From: a virus
Direction: 5' to 3' (one strand)
DNA length: 64,000 nucleotides
Virus record (IMG/VR): IMGVR_UViG_3300050027_000006
This document shows positions 62,795 to 64,000 of the stretch, piece after piece. Numbering within the stretch: position 1 is the stretch's first letter; every line of letters begins with the position of its first letter. The position numbers were made by a program, and so were the translations under genes. Under the pieces are notes generated by a model, which was given only the letters and a program-made list of their open reading frames with translations, ran no database searches and was not told the DNA's origin.

Positions 62795-63801
62795 CTAGCC
62801 ATTTTGGCGTGGATATTTCCAGCAATAACCCGCACCCGATCAACTTCGGTGCCCTGTTCTCGTACCTCAAGAACCTCGGTGGAGGTGGCCAGCCCTTCGT
62901 GATCGTCAAGGCGACACAGGGAACGGACTACACCAACCCCGACTTCACCAGCGACGTGGCCGCTGCCAAGGCAGTCGGCTTCGCTGTGGCAGCCTACCTC
63001 ATGGACGAGGGCACGGCAGACCCGGCAGCCGAGGAGCGTGCGTTCAAGCTCGTCGCCGGAAACACCATCGCTCAGTTCGATGACATCGAGCTACCCGATG
63101 GCCTGAGCCAGGCCGACTACATCGCCCACACGCAGGCGCTCATCGCCCAGGCCGACGTACTACAGTACCTCAACCAGTCCGAGGTCGCCTCTGGCTTCCC
63201 GACCGGCGCTGGTCTCTGGCTGGCCGACTACAACGGCGCTCCGGGCACCACGAGCTACGCCTGCCTCATCCACCAGTACACCTCGACCGGCGTGGTCCCT
63301 GGTGATGCTGGCCAGTTCAACATGAACTACTGGATGGGCACCGAGGCCCAGTTCGCCTCGACCTTCGGCAACCCGCAGCCCGTGCCCCCGGCGCCCCCGG
63401 TCATCCCGTGGCCGAGCCAGACCAACCGAGCAGCAGCCGTCCCGACCGGTGGCGTCCTGGCTACTCGACCTGACGGTGGCGTCTTCGCCTACGGCTGTGG
63501 CTTCTACGGCTCGATGGCCGGACACCCGCTCAGCGCTCCGATCATCGGCATCGCCCCGACCAAGACCGGCAAGGGCTACTGGCTCGCTGGCGCTGACGGT
63601 GGCGTCTTCGGCTTCGGTGATGCGGGCTACCACGGCTCGGCCCCGGCCAACCCGTCGTGGGGCATCGGCACCAAGCTCAACCCCGTCGTCGGCATCGCCC
63701 TCGATGAGAGCAAGGCGAACGGCTACGTGCTCATCGCAGACAGCGGCGCTGGTCCGGCCCCTGCGACGTACTACCTCAACGAGACCACTCACTACAAGTG
63801 A
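62791..63801 (+). CDS. endolysin: GH25 muramidase + C-terminal DGGVFxFGDA repeat (cell-wall-binding) domain
   Basis: FGVDISSNN..FVIVKATQGTDYTNPDF..DDIELP..WLADYNG..IHQYTSTGVVPGDAGQFNMNYW. Repeats DGGVFAYGCGFYGS and GYWLAGADGGVFGFGDAGYHGS. Confidence 0.8.
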   Translation: MTSHFGVDISSNNPHPINFGALFSYLKNLGGGGQPFVIVKATQGTDYTNPDFTSDVAAAKAVGFAVAAYLMDEGTADPAAEERAFKLVAGNTIAQFDDIELPDGLSQADYIAHTQALIAQADVLQYLNQSEVASGFPTGAGLWLADYNGAPGTTSYACLIHQYTSTGVVPGDAGQFNMNYWMGTEAQFASTFGNPQPVPPAPPVIPWPSQTNRAAAVPTGGVLATRPDGGVFAYGCGFYGSMAGHPLSAPIIGIAPTKTGKGYWLAGADGGVFGFGDAGYHGSAPANPSWGIGTKLNPVVGIALDESKANGYVLIADSGAGPAPATYYLNETTHYK

Positions 63802-64000
63802 GCAGGCACCACCACCCCGAACGCCGATCCGAGTCCGTCTACTACTGGGAGAAGCAGCCCAACTTCGGTGACGCCCTGAACGTCCCGCTCCTAGAGCACT
63901 TCGCCCACATCACCGCCGTGTGGGACACGCCCGACCAGGCCCACCTCGCCGTCATCGGCTCCGTCCTCCACTCGCTCCCGGCCTCCGGCTGGACCGGCGT
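63798..64000 (+). CDS. 3' partial CDS, ExoV-like polysaccharide pyruvyl transferase N-terminus
   Basis: GTG overlaps the lysin stop. VYYWEKQPNFGDALNVPLLEHF resembles the YYW..PNFGD motif of ExoV-type pyruvyl transferases. The frame is open to the window edge. Confidence 0.4.
   Translation, partial: MSRHHHPERRSESVYYWEKQPNFGDALNVPLLEHFAHITAVWDTPDQAHLAVIGSVLHSLPASGWTG

Noticed and set aside
1-64000. tRNA, tmRNA or other structured RNA genes in the larger intergenic gaps (19549-19664, 23082-23164, 25091-25232, 26438-26522, 49462-49543, 51033-51354, 56550-56628, 57260-57374).
   Set aside because: None shows a cloverleaf-sized arrangement or a GGTTCGAATCC-like T-arm. The gaps are explained by hairpins, promoters and RBSs. 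This was a visual scan only, so a tRNAscan/Infernal run would be decisive.

Overview
This window is a 64-kb segment of a high-GC tailed actinobacteriophage genome. GC was judged by eye, not computed. Only four genes lie on the minus strand. Genes are tightly packed, and many starts overlap the upstream stop as ATGA or TGATG.

Left ~37 kb, virion module:
- Zn-ribbon-rich modular proteins flank a portal gene that carries a 250-codon intein.
- A 1415-aa polyvalent protein combines a SWIM finger, an R-S-E ADP-ribosyltransferase motif set and a two-HxT 2H phosphoesterase.
- Tail-fibre-like genes are present, one with a tail collar domain.
- A protease / Zn-ribbon / scaffold fusion ORF is followed by the putative major capsid protein.
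- A GT-A glycosyltransferase and further fibre genes follow, one with 19 x 20-aa tandem repeats.

Right ~27 kb, about 75 mostly tiny genes, many Cys-rich:
- a ferredoxin, a ClpP-like protease and a SprT-like metalloprotease
- a protein built from a 12-nt tandem repeat
- an envelope-directed cassette (LPXTG mini-protein, lipoprotein, membrane proteins)
- a GH25 endolysin and the start of an ExoV-like pyruvyl transferase gene

Most unusual observations:
1. The selfish-element load is very high: 5 paralogous GIY-YIG genes, 8 HNH genes and 1 intein.
2. One HNH gene lies codon-aligned antisense inside the protease-scaffold ORF, which nevertheless stays open.
3. An [AS]SKTA motif recurs at module boundaries of the portal-flanking giant proteins.
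4. About ten genes share a -10 box placed 6 nt before the start codon, consistent with leaderless transcripts. Five of them also have good -35 boxes.
5. Two recoding or decay candidates were found: an in-frame TGA at a conserved Cys position of an endonuclease VII-type gene, and a G4-run frameshift.

No tRNA, CRISPR array, integrase, terminase, tape measure, tail tube/sheath or replication gene was recognised. All family assignments come from motif recognition by eye, not from searches.
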